This document shows, piece by piece, positions 1 through 9,256 of a stretch of DNA of 64,000 nt; the stretch's first letter is position 1, and each line of letters starts with the position of its first letter. The stretch comes from Armatimonadota bacterium. GTDB lineage: Bacteria > Armatimonadota > SYMT01. The stretch lies in assembly GCA_041690135.1 (NCBI GenBank), contig JAWLHY010000003.1:416001-480000 (forward strand). The letters are read 5' to 3'. Under the pieces are notes generated by a model. It was not told the DNA's origin and searched no databases. It was given only the letters and a program-made list of their open reading frames with translations. The translations under genes were made by a program, and so were the position numbers.

Positions 1-75
1 GGCGGCCCCAGGGGTGACTCCGCCCAGGCCAGCGAGGCCGGCGGCAAGCAGTTGGCGGCGGGAAACAGGGAACAT
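1..75 (-). CDS. 5' end of a gene running off the window edge; Tat-exported protein
   Basis: Reverse strand from ATG at 75 reads MFPVSRRQLLAAGLAGLGGVTPGAA, a twin-arginine SRRxLL motif followed by a hydrophobic stretch; GGAGA Shine-Dalgarno-like sequence upstream. Not in the ORF track. Confidence 0.7.
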   Translation of the reverse strand, partial: MFPVSRRQLLAAGLAGLGGVTPGAA

Positions 76-529
76 GACAGGTCTCCGGACGGGGCGGGGT
101 AGCGATAATTCTGCGCCTTGAGTTGCGGAATTATCGGCCATCCGACTTGCAGAGGTCCACCGGGATCGCCGCGACCCGCCTCCACTTTCTCCGCTCGATC
201 TCCCGACCCCACACCCCCTGTGCGATCACCTTGCGTTGACCGTCGGAGGGAGCGTGGATCGGGGTGCGGCGGGGTCGGCATGCGAACATGCAGTAGGCCG
301 GCTCCGACTCTAATGGTGACTACGGTGTTGCACACACTCATCTCGTTCGTGACAGGGCAACCAGAGCCGATGCCCCTACAGTACGGAATTTCCAAACGGG
401 TGCTGACCGTCGAGTTGACGCCCAAATCCCTACATCCCCACCCTCATGTCACCCTGCCGAGGACCTTCCGTCTCCGCAGGTGAATATGTGCCTGTCCAGC
501 GTTCCAGAGAGTGAAGGAGAGTAGACCAG

Positions 530-1672
530 GTGCTGACCCCTCAAGGTTGCCGGTTACGACAGGAGCGGTTCCTCGCCCGCCTGGAAGAGGCGGAAATCCC
601 GGGGGCGTTAGTCTCCGCCTCTCGCGACATCTACTACTTCACCGGAGTGCTCCCGGAGCGGCCCTTCTCCTTCCCCAATCTCCTGTTCCTGGGGCCGGGA
701 CTGCGCTCGTGGCTGGTGACCGGACTCCCAGAGGGCTCGGCCGCGGAGGCCCCGGTCGACGAGGTGGCCCACTACCCGCTCGACACCCTCTATACGTTGA
801 ACCCGGACCACCACCGGCGCCTGGCGGAGCGGATGCGAGACTTCGCCTCCCGGACACCGGGCCTGGGGCGAGTGGGGTACCAGCGGGAGGCGCTGCCGCA
901 TTCCCTGGCGGTGGCTTTTTCGCAAGCGGCCGATCCCCGCGATTGGACCGAAGTGGACGAGATCCTGCAGGACCTGCAGCTCCGGAAAGACCCGGACGAG
1001 GTCGCTTGCATCCAGCGAGCGGTGAACGCCACCCTCGCCGGATACACCCGCGCCCAGCAGGTCATTCGTCCCGGCATCACCGAGCTGGAGGTGATGACGG
1101 AGTGCCAGGCCGCGGCGCAGCGGTTCAGCGGACAGGTCCACTTCTACAACGGCGACTTCCAGTGCGGCACGTTCGGCGGTTTCGCGCGTCCTCGTGCGAT
1201 CGAGGCCGGCGAGCTATACATCATTGATTCATGGAGCGACGTCGGCGGGTACTGGTCGGACCTGTCGCGGACCTGGGTAGTCGGAGGGAGCCCGACGGAC
1301 CTGCAACTCTCGATCTACGAACACCTGGCCGGGGTGCTGCGCGCCGTGCCGGAGATGGCGCGGGTGGGGCGTTCCACCACCGAGTTCTGGCACGAGCTGG
1401 ACGCCCGGATCCGGGAGCACCCGGCCATGGCGGACCGCGGCCTGATCCACCACGGCGGTCACGGGAACGGGCTGCGGGTCCACGAAGGGCCGGACCTCAA
1501 CCGGGACCGCGGCGGCGTGTTCGAGGTGGGCAACACCTTCACCTGCGAGCCTGGCTTCTACAGCGACGAGCTCCGGCAGGGCATCCGGATCGAGAACGAC
1601 TTCTACTTCTCGCCGGAGGGAGTGGTCAACCTGTCCGATTACCCGCTGTCGATCATCGTGGACCCGGAGTAG
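530..1672 (+). CDS. Xaa-Pro peptidase / M24 family metallopeptidase (creatinase-prolidase fold)
   Basis: LRKDPDEV linker; metal-ligand pattern D..GGYWSDLSRT, HGGHGNG..HE, EPG, GIRIEND; AAGGAG upstream of GTG start. Confidence 0.85.
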   Translation: MLTPQGCRLRQERFLARLEEAEIPGALVSASRDIYYFTGVLPERPFSFPNLLFLGPGLRSWLVTGLPEGSAAEAPVDEVAHYPLDTLYTLNPDHHRRLAERMRDFASRTPGLGRVGYQREALPHSLAVAFSQAADPRDWTEVDEILQDLQLRKDPDEVACIQRAVNATLAGYTRAQQVIRPGITELEVMTECQAAAQRFSGQVHFYNGDFQCGTFGGFARPRAIEAGELYIIDSWSDVGGYWSDLSRTWVVGGSPTDLQLSIYEHLAGVLRAVPEMARVGRSTTEFWHELDARIREHPAMADRGLIHHGGHGNGLRVHEGPDLNRDRGGVFEVGNTFTCEPGFYSDELRQGIRIENDFYFSPEGVVNLSDYPLSIIVDPE

Positions 1673-2039
1673 ACACTTTTTCACCGCCAAGACGCCAAGA
1701 ACGCCAAGAGAAAAGGGGAACGGGCGTACAACCCGGCGAAGTTAGGGCAGTCCCTTCCACAAAGCGTAGTGTCGCACCCGTCGGCTAACCGAGCAGCGCC
1801 ATCGGGAGGCGCGCGGCGACGCAAGGTGCACGGCAGGATAAGGACCAACGCCCCGGATCCACTTGTGGTCCGTGACGATGGCGCTCAGTGCAATCCAGGT
1901 GCGGAGGCAAGGTCCTGGTCGGGGACGGCGACCACGACCCTACCGTATGCAGTGCGAGTACCATGGTGCAGTACGGGTGCGAGGGCAAGGTTGTGGCTAC
2001 CCCCTTTCTTTTCAATCTTTTTCATCTGTGGACTCTCCC

Positions 2040-2906
2040 TTGAACCTCCCTCTGCAACTCGGCACCCCCGGTGAAACACTGCTGGGGGATGGCGGTATCG
2101 GGACGATGCTGCAGGCGGCGGGGCTGGCCCTGGGGGAGGCGCCGGAGCGGTGGAACCTGGAGCGGCCGCGGGCGGTGGCACGGGTCCACGCGGCGTATGC
2201 GGAGGCGGGGGCGGGCTGGAGCACCACCAATGCTTTCGGCGGCAACCGGGTACGGCTCGCCGCGGCGGGGCTGGAGCACCGGGTGGTTGAGGTGAACGCG
2301 GCGGCCGTGACGGCGGCACGCGCGGGCGCTCCGGAGCTTCCGGTACTGGGCAGCGTGGGACCCACCACCGCCACCGCCGTGGACGAGTGGGAGTGGGCGT
2401 ACCGGGAGCAGGCGGAAGCCCTTGCCGAAGCGGAAGTGGATGGTTTTCTGGTGGAAACCATCGTTTGCCTGGGAGAGGGAGTAATCGCGGTCCGTGCCTG
2501 CGTATCTGTAGGAGTGGGCCCGGTGGTGGCCGCGTTCACGCCCGGCGCGGAGGGCAACCTCCTGGACGGAACGAGCGCGGAAGTAGCCGCCGAGGCCTTT
2601 TTCCGTGCGGGAGCGGCGGCGGTTGGCGTAAACTGTGGCGGAGGGCCGCAAGCCCTCCTGGCGCCCGCTCGCCGGCTGGTGGCTGCGGACCTGGGTCCGG
2701 TGCTCGCCGCGCCGAACGCCGGCCTGCCGCGGCTGCATGCAGGCCGGATGAGCTACGACCTCCGGCCGGACGGGTTTGCAAGCGCCGCGATACAGTTTCA
2801 GGAATTGGGGGTCCGTTTGTTCGCCGGCTGCTGCGGCACCACTCCCGACCACATTCGCTCGGCCGCCCGTGCGCTCAAGAAATCCAGCTCTAAGGAGAAC
2901 TCATAG
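2040..2906 (+). CDS. Stand-alone homocysteine S-methyltransferase family protein
   Basis: LLGDGGIGT, TNAFGGN, GVNC, PNAGLP and AGCCGTTPDHI Zn-ligand motifs; start taken at in-frame TTG 2040 (ORF track extends to 1863). Confidence 0.85.
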   Translation: MNLPLQLGTPGETLLGDGGIGTMLQAAGLALGEAPERWNLERPRAVARVHAAYAEAGAGWSTTNAFGGNRVRLAAAGLEHRVVEVNAAAVTAARAGAPELPVLGSVGPTTATAVDEWEWAYREQAEALAEAEVDGFLVETIVCLGEGVIAVRACVSVGVGPVVAAFTPGAEGNLLDGTSAEVAAEAFFRAGAAAVGVNCGGGPQALLAPARRLVAADLGPVLAAPNAGLPRLHAGRMSYDLRPDGFASAAIQFQELGVRLFAGCCGTTPDHIRSAARALKKSSSKENS

Positions 2907-4058
2907 GTGATTCGCAAATTGACGGCAGGTGTTGCGGTGGTGGCCGCGGCCTCGGTGCTGGCCGGGTGTCCGCCCTCGGGCGGTGGAGCTTCCGGCGGAG
3001 GAAGCGGGTCGGGCCCAATCCTCGTCGGTTACTATGGTGACCTGACCGGTCCCACGGCCACCTTCGGCACTTCGACCCGGGAAGGGGTCGACCTCGCCGT
3101 GGAGGAGATCAACCAGGATCCGCCCCTGGGTCGTCCGCTGGAGATCCGCGCGGAAGACGACCAGGGCAAGTCCGAGCAGGCTGTGTCCGTGGTGACCAAG
3201 CTGGTGGACCAGGACCAGGTGGTGGCAGTGCTGGGGGAAGTCGCCAGCTCCAACAGCCTGGCCGCCGCGCCGGTGTGCCAGCGCGCGAACGTGCCGATGA
3301 TCACCCCGGCCTCCACGAACCCGCAGGTCACGCAGGTGGGCGACTACATCTTCCGGATCTGTTTCATCGACCCTTTCCAGGGCAGCGTGATGGCCAAGTT
3401 CGCCGCGAACAGCCTGAATGCCAAGCGGGCCGCGATCCTCTGGGACGCAAAGAGCGACTACAGCAAGGGGCTGAGGGACTTCTTCAAGCAGACGTTCCCC
3501 GGCCAGATCGTGGCGGAACCCTCCTACTCAGCGGGCGACACGGACTTCAACGCCCAGCTCAACGCCATCAAGCAGGCGAACCCCGACGTGATCTTCGTCC
3601 CCGGCTACTACACGGAAGTCGGCACCATCGCCCGCCAGGCCCGCGACCAGGGCATCAAGGCCCCGCTGATCGGCGGCGACGGCTGGGACTCGCCGAAGTT
3701 GTTCGAGAGCGCCGGCAAAGCGCTGGATGGCTCGTATTTCAGCAACCACTACTCGGCGGAGAGCACGGACCCGCGCGTCCAGGACTTCATCTCCGCCTAT
3801 AAGAAGAAGTACAACGGCAAGGTGCCGGACGCGATGGCCGCTCTCGGCTACGACGCCGCCAAGATCCTGGCTGACTCGCTCAAGCGGGCGGGCGCCACCG
3901 ACGGCCCGAAGCTGCGGGATGCCATCGCCCAGACGAAAGACTTCGCGGGTGTGACCGGCAACATCTCCCTGGATGCCGACCGCAACGCGACCAAGCCCGC
4001 GGTGGTGCTCCAGATCAGCGGCGACCGGTTCAAGTACGTCGAAACGGTCGAGCCGTAG
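2907..4058 (+). CDS. livK: Branched-chain amino acid ABC transporter substrate-binding lipoprotein (LivK/LivJ family)
   Basis: Lipobox VLAGC; IFRICFIDPFQG, GGDGWD and LGYDA motifs; followed by livH/livM. Confidence 0.9.
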   Translation: MIRKLTAGVAVVAAASVLAGCPPSGGGASGGGSGSGPILVGYYGDLTGPTATFGTSTREGVDLAVEEINQDPPLGRPLEIRAEDDQGKSEQAVSVVTKLVDQDQVVAVLGEVASSNSLAAAPVCQRANVPMITPASTNPQVTQVGDYIFRICFIDPFQGSVMAKFAANSLNAKRAAILWDAKSDYSKGLRDFFKQTFPGQIVAEPSYSAGDTDFNAQLNAIKQANPDVIFVPGYYTEVGTIARQARDQGIKAPLIGGDGWDSPKLFESAGKALDGSYFSNHYSAESTDPRVQDFISAYKKKYNGKVPDAMAALGYDAAKILADSLKRAGATDGPKLRDAIAQTKDFAGVTGNISLDADRNATKPAVVLQISGDRFKYVETVEP

Positions 4059-4061
4059 TCC

Positions 4062-4979
4062 ATGTGGGCGCTTCTCCAGAACTTCATCATCGGGATCCAG
4101 ACGGGGGCGGTGTACGCGCTGATCGCCGTGGGCTACACCATGGTGTACGGCGTACTCCGCCTCATCAACTTCGCCCATGGTGACGTCTACATGGTGGGCG
4201 CCTTCGTGGGGCTTACCCTGGCCGCGCGGATGGGGTTTGCCACCGCCGCCTCCATACCCGGCTTCACCCTGATCTTCTTTTTCACGCTGGCGATCTGCGC
4301 CGTGCTGGGGGTGGCGATCGAGCGGTTCGCCTACCGACCCCTGCGCCGGGCGCCGCGGATCACGGCCCTCATCACCGCGATCGGCGTCTCCCTGCTGCTG
4401 GAAGCGCTGGCCCAGCTCATCTGGGGCGCGGCGCCACAGTATTTCCCCACGATGGAGCTCTTCCGCCTGCAGCCGGTGCGCATCGGGGCGGTGGAACTGA
4501 ACGCCAAGTACTTCCTCATCCTGTTCCTCTCCCTCTTCCTGATGACCGCGCTCTGGTTCATTGTCACCCGCACCCGGGTCGGCAAGGCCATGCGGGCGGT
4601 GTCGCACGATCATGAGGCCGCAGCGCTGATGGGGATCAACGTCAACCGGATCATCAGCGTCACCTTCGCGCTCGGATCGGCGCTCGCCGCCGCGGCGGGC
4701 CTGCTCGTCTCCGCCGTTACCAATGTGAAGATCGACCCCCTGGTCGGCGTGATGCCGGGACTCAAGGCGTTCGTGGCCGCGGTGCTGGGCGGGATCGGCA
4801 ACATCCCCGGCGCACTGGTGGGTGGGCTGGTAATGGGGGTGGCCGAGGCATTCGTCGCGGGAATGGCGGGCGGGAAGTTCTCCACCTGGCGGGATGCCAT
4901 CGCGTTCATCCTGCTGATCCTGATCCTGATCTTCCGCCCGGCGGGCCTGCTGGGCCGGGCCACGGTGGAGAAGGTCTGA
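4062..4979 (+). CDS. livH: Branched-chain amino acid ABC transporter permease
   Basis: YALIAVGYTMVYGVLRLINFAHG; GKAMRAVS; KAFVAAVLGGIG. Confidence 0.93.
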   Translation: MWALLQNFIIGIQTGAVYALIAVGYTMVYGVLRLINFAHGDVYMVGAFVGLTLAARMGFATAASIPGFTLIFFFTLAICAVLGVAIERFAYRPLRRAPRITALITAIGVSLLLEALAQLIWGAAPQYFPTMELFRLQPVRIGAVELNAKYFLILFLSLFLMTALWFIVTRTRVGKAMRAVSHDHEAAALMGINVNRIISVTFALGSALAAAAGLLVSAVTNVKIDPLVGVMPGLKAFVAAVLGGIGNIPGALVGGLVMGVAEAFVAGMAGGKFSTWRDAIAFILLILILIFRPAGLLGRATVEKV

Positions 4980-4980
4980 G

Positions 4981-6069
4981 ATGGACCCGTTCAAGCTCCT
5001 CCGTTCCTGGCCCGCCCGCATCATCCTCCTGCTGGCCATCGCGGCCGGTCTCTACTTCCTCGGCAACTACCTGGGCAACCGGCAGGCCTTCAACCCCTAC
5101 CACTTCCGAATCGTGATGCTCATCGGCATCGCGATCATCCTGGCCGTCAGCCTGAACCTGGTCAACGGCGTTACCGGGCAGTTCTCCATCGGCCACGCCG
5201 GGTTCATGGCGCTGGGGGCGTACACCGGGGCCGCGCTCACGGTATACGGTCAGTACCGCTTCCTACCCCCTCTCGCCGCGGCCTCGCCGCTGGTGCAGCA
5301 GGGCGCGCTGGTGCTCTCCATGTTGTTGGGTGGGCTGGTGGCCGCGGTGGCGGGATTCGTGGTCGGCCTGCCTTCACTGCGGCTGCGAGGCGATTATCTC
5401 GCCATCGTCACGCTGGGGTTCGGGGAGATCATCCGCGTGTCGATCCTCAACATCGACGCCGTGGGAGGACCCGCGGGTTTCAGCGGCTACAGCAACCCGG
5501 AGCACGGGCGCATCGTGATCCCGCAGTTGACCACCTTCTTCTGGGTCTACCTCACGGTGGTGGCGGTCATCCTCTTCTCGCGCAACCTCTTGCGGAGCAC
5601 GCACGGTCTCACCTTCTTCTCCGTGCGCGAGGATGAGATCGCGGCAGAGGCCATGGGGGTAGGGACCGTCCGGATCAAGGTAACCGCGTTCGTGATGAGC
5701 GCCTTCTTCGCGGGCGTCGCCGGGGCGCTCTACGCGCACTACGACACCTACCTGAAGCCGGACAGCTTCAACTTCCTGCGTTCCATCGAGATCGTCACCA
5801 TGGTGGTGCTCGGCGGCATGGGCAGCATCACCGGGGCCGTGGTCGGGGCGGCCATCCTGGCGGCGGCCCCCGAAGTGCTGCGGGTCTGGCTGGGCGAGTT
5901 GTCGCGGCAGAAGGCGATCCCGTCGCAGCTTTCGCCGGACCTGGTGCGCCAGCTGCTCTATTCGCTGTTGCTGATCGTATTGATGCTGACCCGGCCGCAG
6001 GGGCTGTTCGGGGGACGCGAGGTCTCCCTCAAGGGCCTCTTCCAACGACGCGAACGTATACCCCGGTAG
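4981..6069 (+). CDS. livM: Branched-chain amino acid ABC transporter permease
   Basis: GQFSIGHAGF; LRLRGDYLAIVTLGFGEI; REDEIAAEAMG; VVLGGMGSITG. Confidence 0.93.
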   Translation: MDPFKLLRSWPARIILLLAIAAGLYFLGNYLGNRQAFNPYHFRIVMLIGIAIILAVSLNLVNGVTGQFSIGHAGFMALGAYTGAALTVYGQYRFLPPLAAASPLVQQGALVLSMLLGGLVAAVAGFVVGLPSLRLRGDYLAIVTLGFGEIIRVSILNIDAVGGPAGFSGYSNPEHGRIVIPQLTTFFWVYLTVVAVILFSRNLLRSTHGLTFFSVREDEIAAEAMGVGTVRIKVTAFVMSAFFAGVAGALYAHYDTYLKPDSFNFLRSIEIVTMVVLGGMGSITGAVVGAAILAAAPEVLRVWLGELSRQKAIPSQLSPDLVRQLLYSLLLIVLMLTRPQGLFGGREVSLKGLFQRRERIPR

Positions 6070-6097
6070 GTCGTGGGGCTCATACGGTTTGGCAGCG

Positions 6098-6362
6098 ACG
6101 GGATCTGAGTTGCAAGTTGGCAAGTTGAAGGTTGGGAACTTCTGCTGTCGTCAGCGGGTACGTGTTGGCGAAACGGGATCTGAGTTGCAGCCCCCCTCGG
6201 GGGCTAAAGGTTTAAGGCTCGCTTGGGGGCTAAAGGTTGGAACCCCTGGACGCTGGGGTTGGTACGGTCTGGCGGGAGCGGGATAGAAGATGTCAGGTTG
6301 AAAGTTGCAGGGTGAAGGCTCCCGCTTTCCCTTCCCATCTTCTCAATCTGTGAAATCTGTGG
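6098..6362. repeat. Composite intergenic repeat region
   Basis: 17-bp direct repeat ACGGGATCTGAGTTGCA at 6098-6114 and 6173-6189; GGGGGCTAAAGGTT at 6199-6212 and 6225-6238; AGGTTG/AAGTTG heptamer-like runs near 6108-6135 and 6294-6318; AATCTGTGAAATCTGTGG at 6345-6362. Confidence 0.75.
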
Positions 6363-6417
6363 CTCTACTTCGACTCGCCCTCTGGTGGCGCTGGCTTGGG
6401 AAGCAGGTGGTAAGCTG

Positions 6418-7842
6418 ATGCAAGTGACACGACGGAAGACTTTGCAGTGGAGCGTGCGGGCGGCGGCGCTGGCCGCGGCGGGAGTGGCCGGGGTGGGCCT
6501 GGTGACCGACCGCGCCGACGCGCAGAAGCCGGCGACGGGGCGGCGGGTCGTGATGATCAGCATCGACGGCCTCGCGGCGGTGAACCTGGACGACCCCAAG
6601 GTCCCGCTTCCGAACATCCGCCAGCTCGCGGCAGAAGGCGCCAGCGCGAAGGCGATGACCGTGGTGACCCCCTCCGTCACCTGGCCGAACCACACCACGC
6701 TGGTTACGGGAGTCACTCCCGGAAAGCACGGAGTGCTGGGGAACGGCAAGATCGAGCCGAGTACCGGGGCCACGCCGATGGTCATTAACCCGCGCCGCTC
6801 CAAGGAAGAGCTTTGCCGGGTGCCCACCTTCTACGACCTGGCGCACGCTGCCGGGATGCAGACCGCCGAGATCAACTGGCCGGTGACCCGCGAGGCGCCG
6901 ACCCTGAACTGGACCTTCCCCGACCACCCGGACCCGATCCGCTACACCACGCCCGCGCTGGTCCAGGAACTGCAGGCGCAGAAGATCCTCACCGGCCCGG
7001 AAGATGCCGATTTCCGCGTCCTGGGGCAGGTCACCCGGGACCAGGTCTGGACGCAGGCGGCGGTCCACCTGATCCGGCGCCATCGCCCGCAGGTGCTGCT
7101 GCTTCACCTCCTGAACACGGACGGCACCCAGCACACGCACGGCCCGCAGACTACGGAGGGTTACACGTCCCTGGCCCTGGCCGATAGCCACGTGGGGCAG
7201 GTGCTCCAGGCGCTCAAAGAGACGGGCCAGCGGGAGAGCACTGCCGTCTTCGTGGTGGCCGACCACGGCTTCTGCAAGATCACCCGCCAGATCAAGCCGA
7301 ACGCGCGGCTCCGGGCGAAAGGGCTGATCCGCCCCGCGAGCGGCGGGAATGCGGGCGCGCTGGAGTACGAGGCGCAGTCGATCGCCGAGGGCGGAGTGGC
7401 GCTGGTCTACGTCCCGAAGAAGCTGTTCCATCCCGAATTGCTGGAGAAGACCCGCGCCGCCCTGCAGGGGATGGAAGGGGTCGAGCGGATCTACACGTCG
7501 CAGGAGCTTCCGGAGCTGGGCCTGGGCCTCCACCCTCGGGACGCGCAGATGCCGGACTTCCTTCTGGCGGCGAAAGACGGCTATTCCTTCAGCAACGACA
7601 CCACGGGGGAGGAAGTGGTGGCCCTCGCGCGGCCTAACGGCACGCACGGGTTCGTCCACACCAATCCCAAGATGGATGCCGCTTTCGTGGCCTCCGGTGC
7701 CGGCATCAAGCGCGGCGTGAAGCTGGAGCGGATGCGGAATGTCGACGTGGCGCCCACGGCCGCCCGCCTGCTCGGCCTGACGATGCGCGATGTGGACGGC
7801 AAGGTGTTGGAGGAGATCCTCGATTCTGGAACGGGGAATTAG
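6418..7842 (+). CDS. Tat-exported nucleotide pyrophosphatase/phosphodiesterase (alkaline phosphatase superfamily)
   Basis: TRRKTL Tat signal; ISIDGL, PSVTWPNHTTLVTG (catalytic Thr), D..QH, ADHG and GTHG metal-ligand motifs. Confidence 0.88.
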   Translation: MQVTRRKTLQWSVRAAALAAAGVAGVGLVTDRADAQKPATGRRVVMISIDGLAAVNLDDPKVPLPNIRQLAAEGASAKAMTVVTPSVTWPNHTTLVTGVTPGKHGVLGNGKIEPSTGATPMVINPRRSKEELCRVPTFYDLAHAAGMQTAEINWPVTREAPTLNWTFPDHPDPIRYTTPALVQELQAQKILTGPEDADFRVLGQVTRDQVWTQAAVHLIRRHRPQVLLLHLLNTDGTQHTHGPQTTEGYTSLALADSHVGQVLQALKETGQRESTAVFVVADHGFCKITRQIKPNARLRAKGLIRPASGGNAGALEYEAQSIAEGGVALVYVPKKLFHPELLEKTRAALQGMEGVERIYTSQELPELGLGLHPRDAQMPDFLLAAKDGYSFSNDTTGEEVVALARPNGTHGFVHTNPKMDAAFVASGAGIKRGVKLERMRNVDVAPTAARLLGLTMRDVDGKVLEEILDSGTGN

Positions 7843-7868
7843 AGCCTACAAGGGCATCGTTTCCCACG

Positions 7869-7954
7869 TTTCGGAATGACTGCGGCTTCGCCGCAGTCAT
7901 TCCGAAAGTATAATTTCTTTCTCTTTTCCCGCGAGCTTCGCTCGCGGGAAAAGA
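7869..7954. repeat. Two adjacent perfect hairpins (REP-like)
   Basis: 18-bp stem 7869-7886/7890-7907 and 15-bp stem 7922-7936/7940-7954, both with a TTC loop (GCGAAGC on the minus strand). Confidence 0.9.
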
Positions 7955-8030
7955 TGGTTATCACGGCTCGGGCGGTCTGCGGTGTCCCCACCTGATGGAG
8001 TACCGCGTGCGTGGTGAAGAAAGAGCGGTA

Positions 8031-8807
8031 GTGCCGGTACTGGAGTTACAGAACTGCACCAAGGTCTTCGGAGGGCTGAAGGCGGTCAGCGAGGTCAATT
8101 TGGCACTCGAGCCCCACGCGCTCGTCGGCCTGATCGGCCCAAATGGCGCCGGTAAGACGACGGTCTTCAACCTGATCACCGGCGTCTACGAGCCGACTTC
8201 CGGCGCGATCCGGCTGGAAGGGAAGCCGGTAGGTGGCCGTGCCCCCAGCGAGATCGCGCGGCAGGGGATCGCCCGCACCTTCCAGAACATCCGCCTCTTC
8301 CCCAACCTGTCGGTGTTCGACAACGTCCGCATTGCCTGCCAGCTCCGGGGAGAAGCGAGCCTCTGGGATGCCGTGTGGCGCACCGGCCGCCACTACCGCT
8401 CCGAGGCAGAGATCGAGCGGCGAGCCCATCAACTGCTGGAACTGTTCGGGCTGGAGGAGTTTGCGCGGTGGCAGTCCACCAGCCTCCCCTATGGCGAGCA
8501 GCGGCGCCTGGAGATCGCCCGCGCCCTGGCCACGCATCCGAAGGTCTTGCTCCTCGACGAGCCCGCGGCCGGTATGAACCCGCAGGAGAAAGAGGAGCTG
8601 ATGGGCCTGATCCGCCGGGTGCGCGACGAGTTTGGGGTCACCATCCTGCTCATCGAACACGACATGGCCCTGGTGATGGGAATCTGCGAGAAGATCTACG
8701 TGCTCGACTACGGCGAGATCATCGCCCAGGGCGCCCCGGCCGAGATCCGCCACAACCCCAAGGTCATCGAGGCTTACCTGGGAGAGCCCATGCCTTCGGC
8801 CGATTAG
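8031..8807 (+). CDS. livG: Branched-chain amino acid ABC transporter ATP-binding protein
   Basis: GPNGAGKT Walker A; ARTFQNIRLF; LPYGEQRRLEIARALA; LLLDEPAAG; C-terminal VIEAYLG. Start could also be ATG 7995. Confidence 0.93.
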   Translation: MPVLELQNCTKVFGGLKAVSEVNLALEPHALVGLIGPNGAGKTTVFNLITGVYEPTSGAIRLEGKPVGGRAPSEIARQGIARTFQNIRLFPNLSVFDNVRIACQLRGEASLWDAVWRTGRHYRSEAEIERRAHQLLELFGLEEFARWQSTSLPYGEQRRLEIARALATHPKVLLLDEPAAGMNPQEKEELMGLIRRVRDEFGVTILLIEHDMALVMGICEKIYVLDYGEIIAQGAPAEIRHNPKVIEAYLGEPMPSAD

Positions 8808-8812
8808 GACGC

Positions 8813-9075
8813 GCCTGCGGTGGATTAAGATGAGGATAAAGATAACGGGGCTCATAGCTGGTGCCCTGACCAGAGGGCGAACGGATTAGGACCCGGATAA
8901 GGATAAAGATTACCGGCTCATGACGGGTGCCCTGATCAGGGGGATGGCCACGTCACGGAGTGCAAAGCTGCACTTTCCGAGGCGCCCGCATGGCAGAACG
9001 AGGTGCCAAGGGTGCGGGTCTCTCACGGACAGCCCTGACCAGGGGGCTTGCCGCGTCGCTTACTGGTTCCGGTTC
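8813..9075. repeat. Dispersed repeat family between livG and livF
   Basis: Two imperfect ~60-70-bp tandem units (GATTA.GA...GGATAAAGAT...GGCTCAT...GGTGCCCTGAYCAG) plus CCCTGACCAGGGGGCTTGCCGCGTCG at 9033-9058, which matches 36689-36716 and the reverse complement of 36171-36198. Confidence 0.8.
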
Positions 9076-9192
9076 AAGAAGTTGGCGGCTCCGAGTGAAG
9101 GCTCATCCGATTCGGAGAAGTTGGTGCCGGTCTATCGCTCCTCGTAATGACGATCGTGGGCAATGCCTGAACGTTTACCGCCCGAGGGGTGG

Positions 9193-9256
9193 CCGAACAC
9201 CTGAACACCTGAATACCTGAATGCCCGAACACCTGCATACCTGACCACCTGAAATG
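9193..9256 (+). repeat. 8-bp tandem microrepeat (8 units, consensus CYGAAYAC)
   Basis: ccgaacac ctgaacac ctgaatac ctgaatgc ccgaacac ctgcatac ctgaccac ctgaaATG; the last unit contains the livF start codon. Confidence 0.9.

Noticed and set aside
7869-7954. Annotating the hairpins as Rho-independent terminators
   Set aside because: On the transcribed plus strand neither stem is followed directly by a U-tract, and livG continues downstream. Kept as repeats.
9193-9256. Possible CRISPR array (also considered 6098-6189 and 18772-18920)
   Set aside because: The units are 8-bp tandem repeats without spacers, or only two copies, and there are no cas genes.
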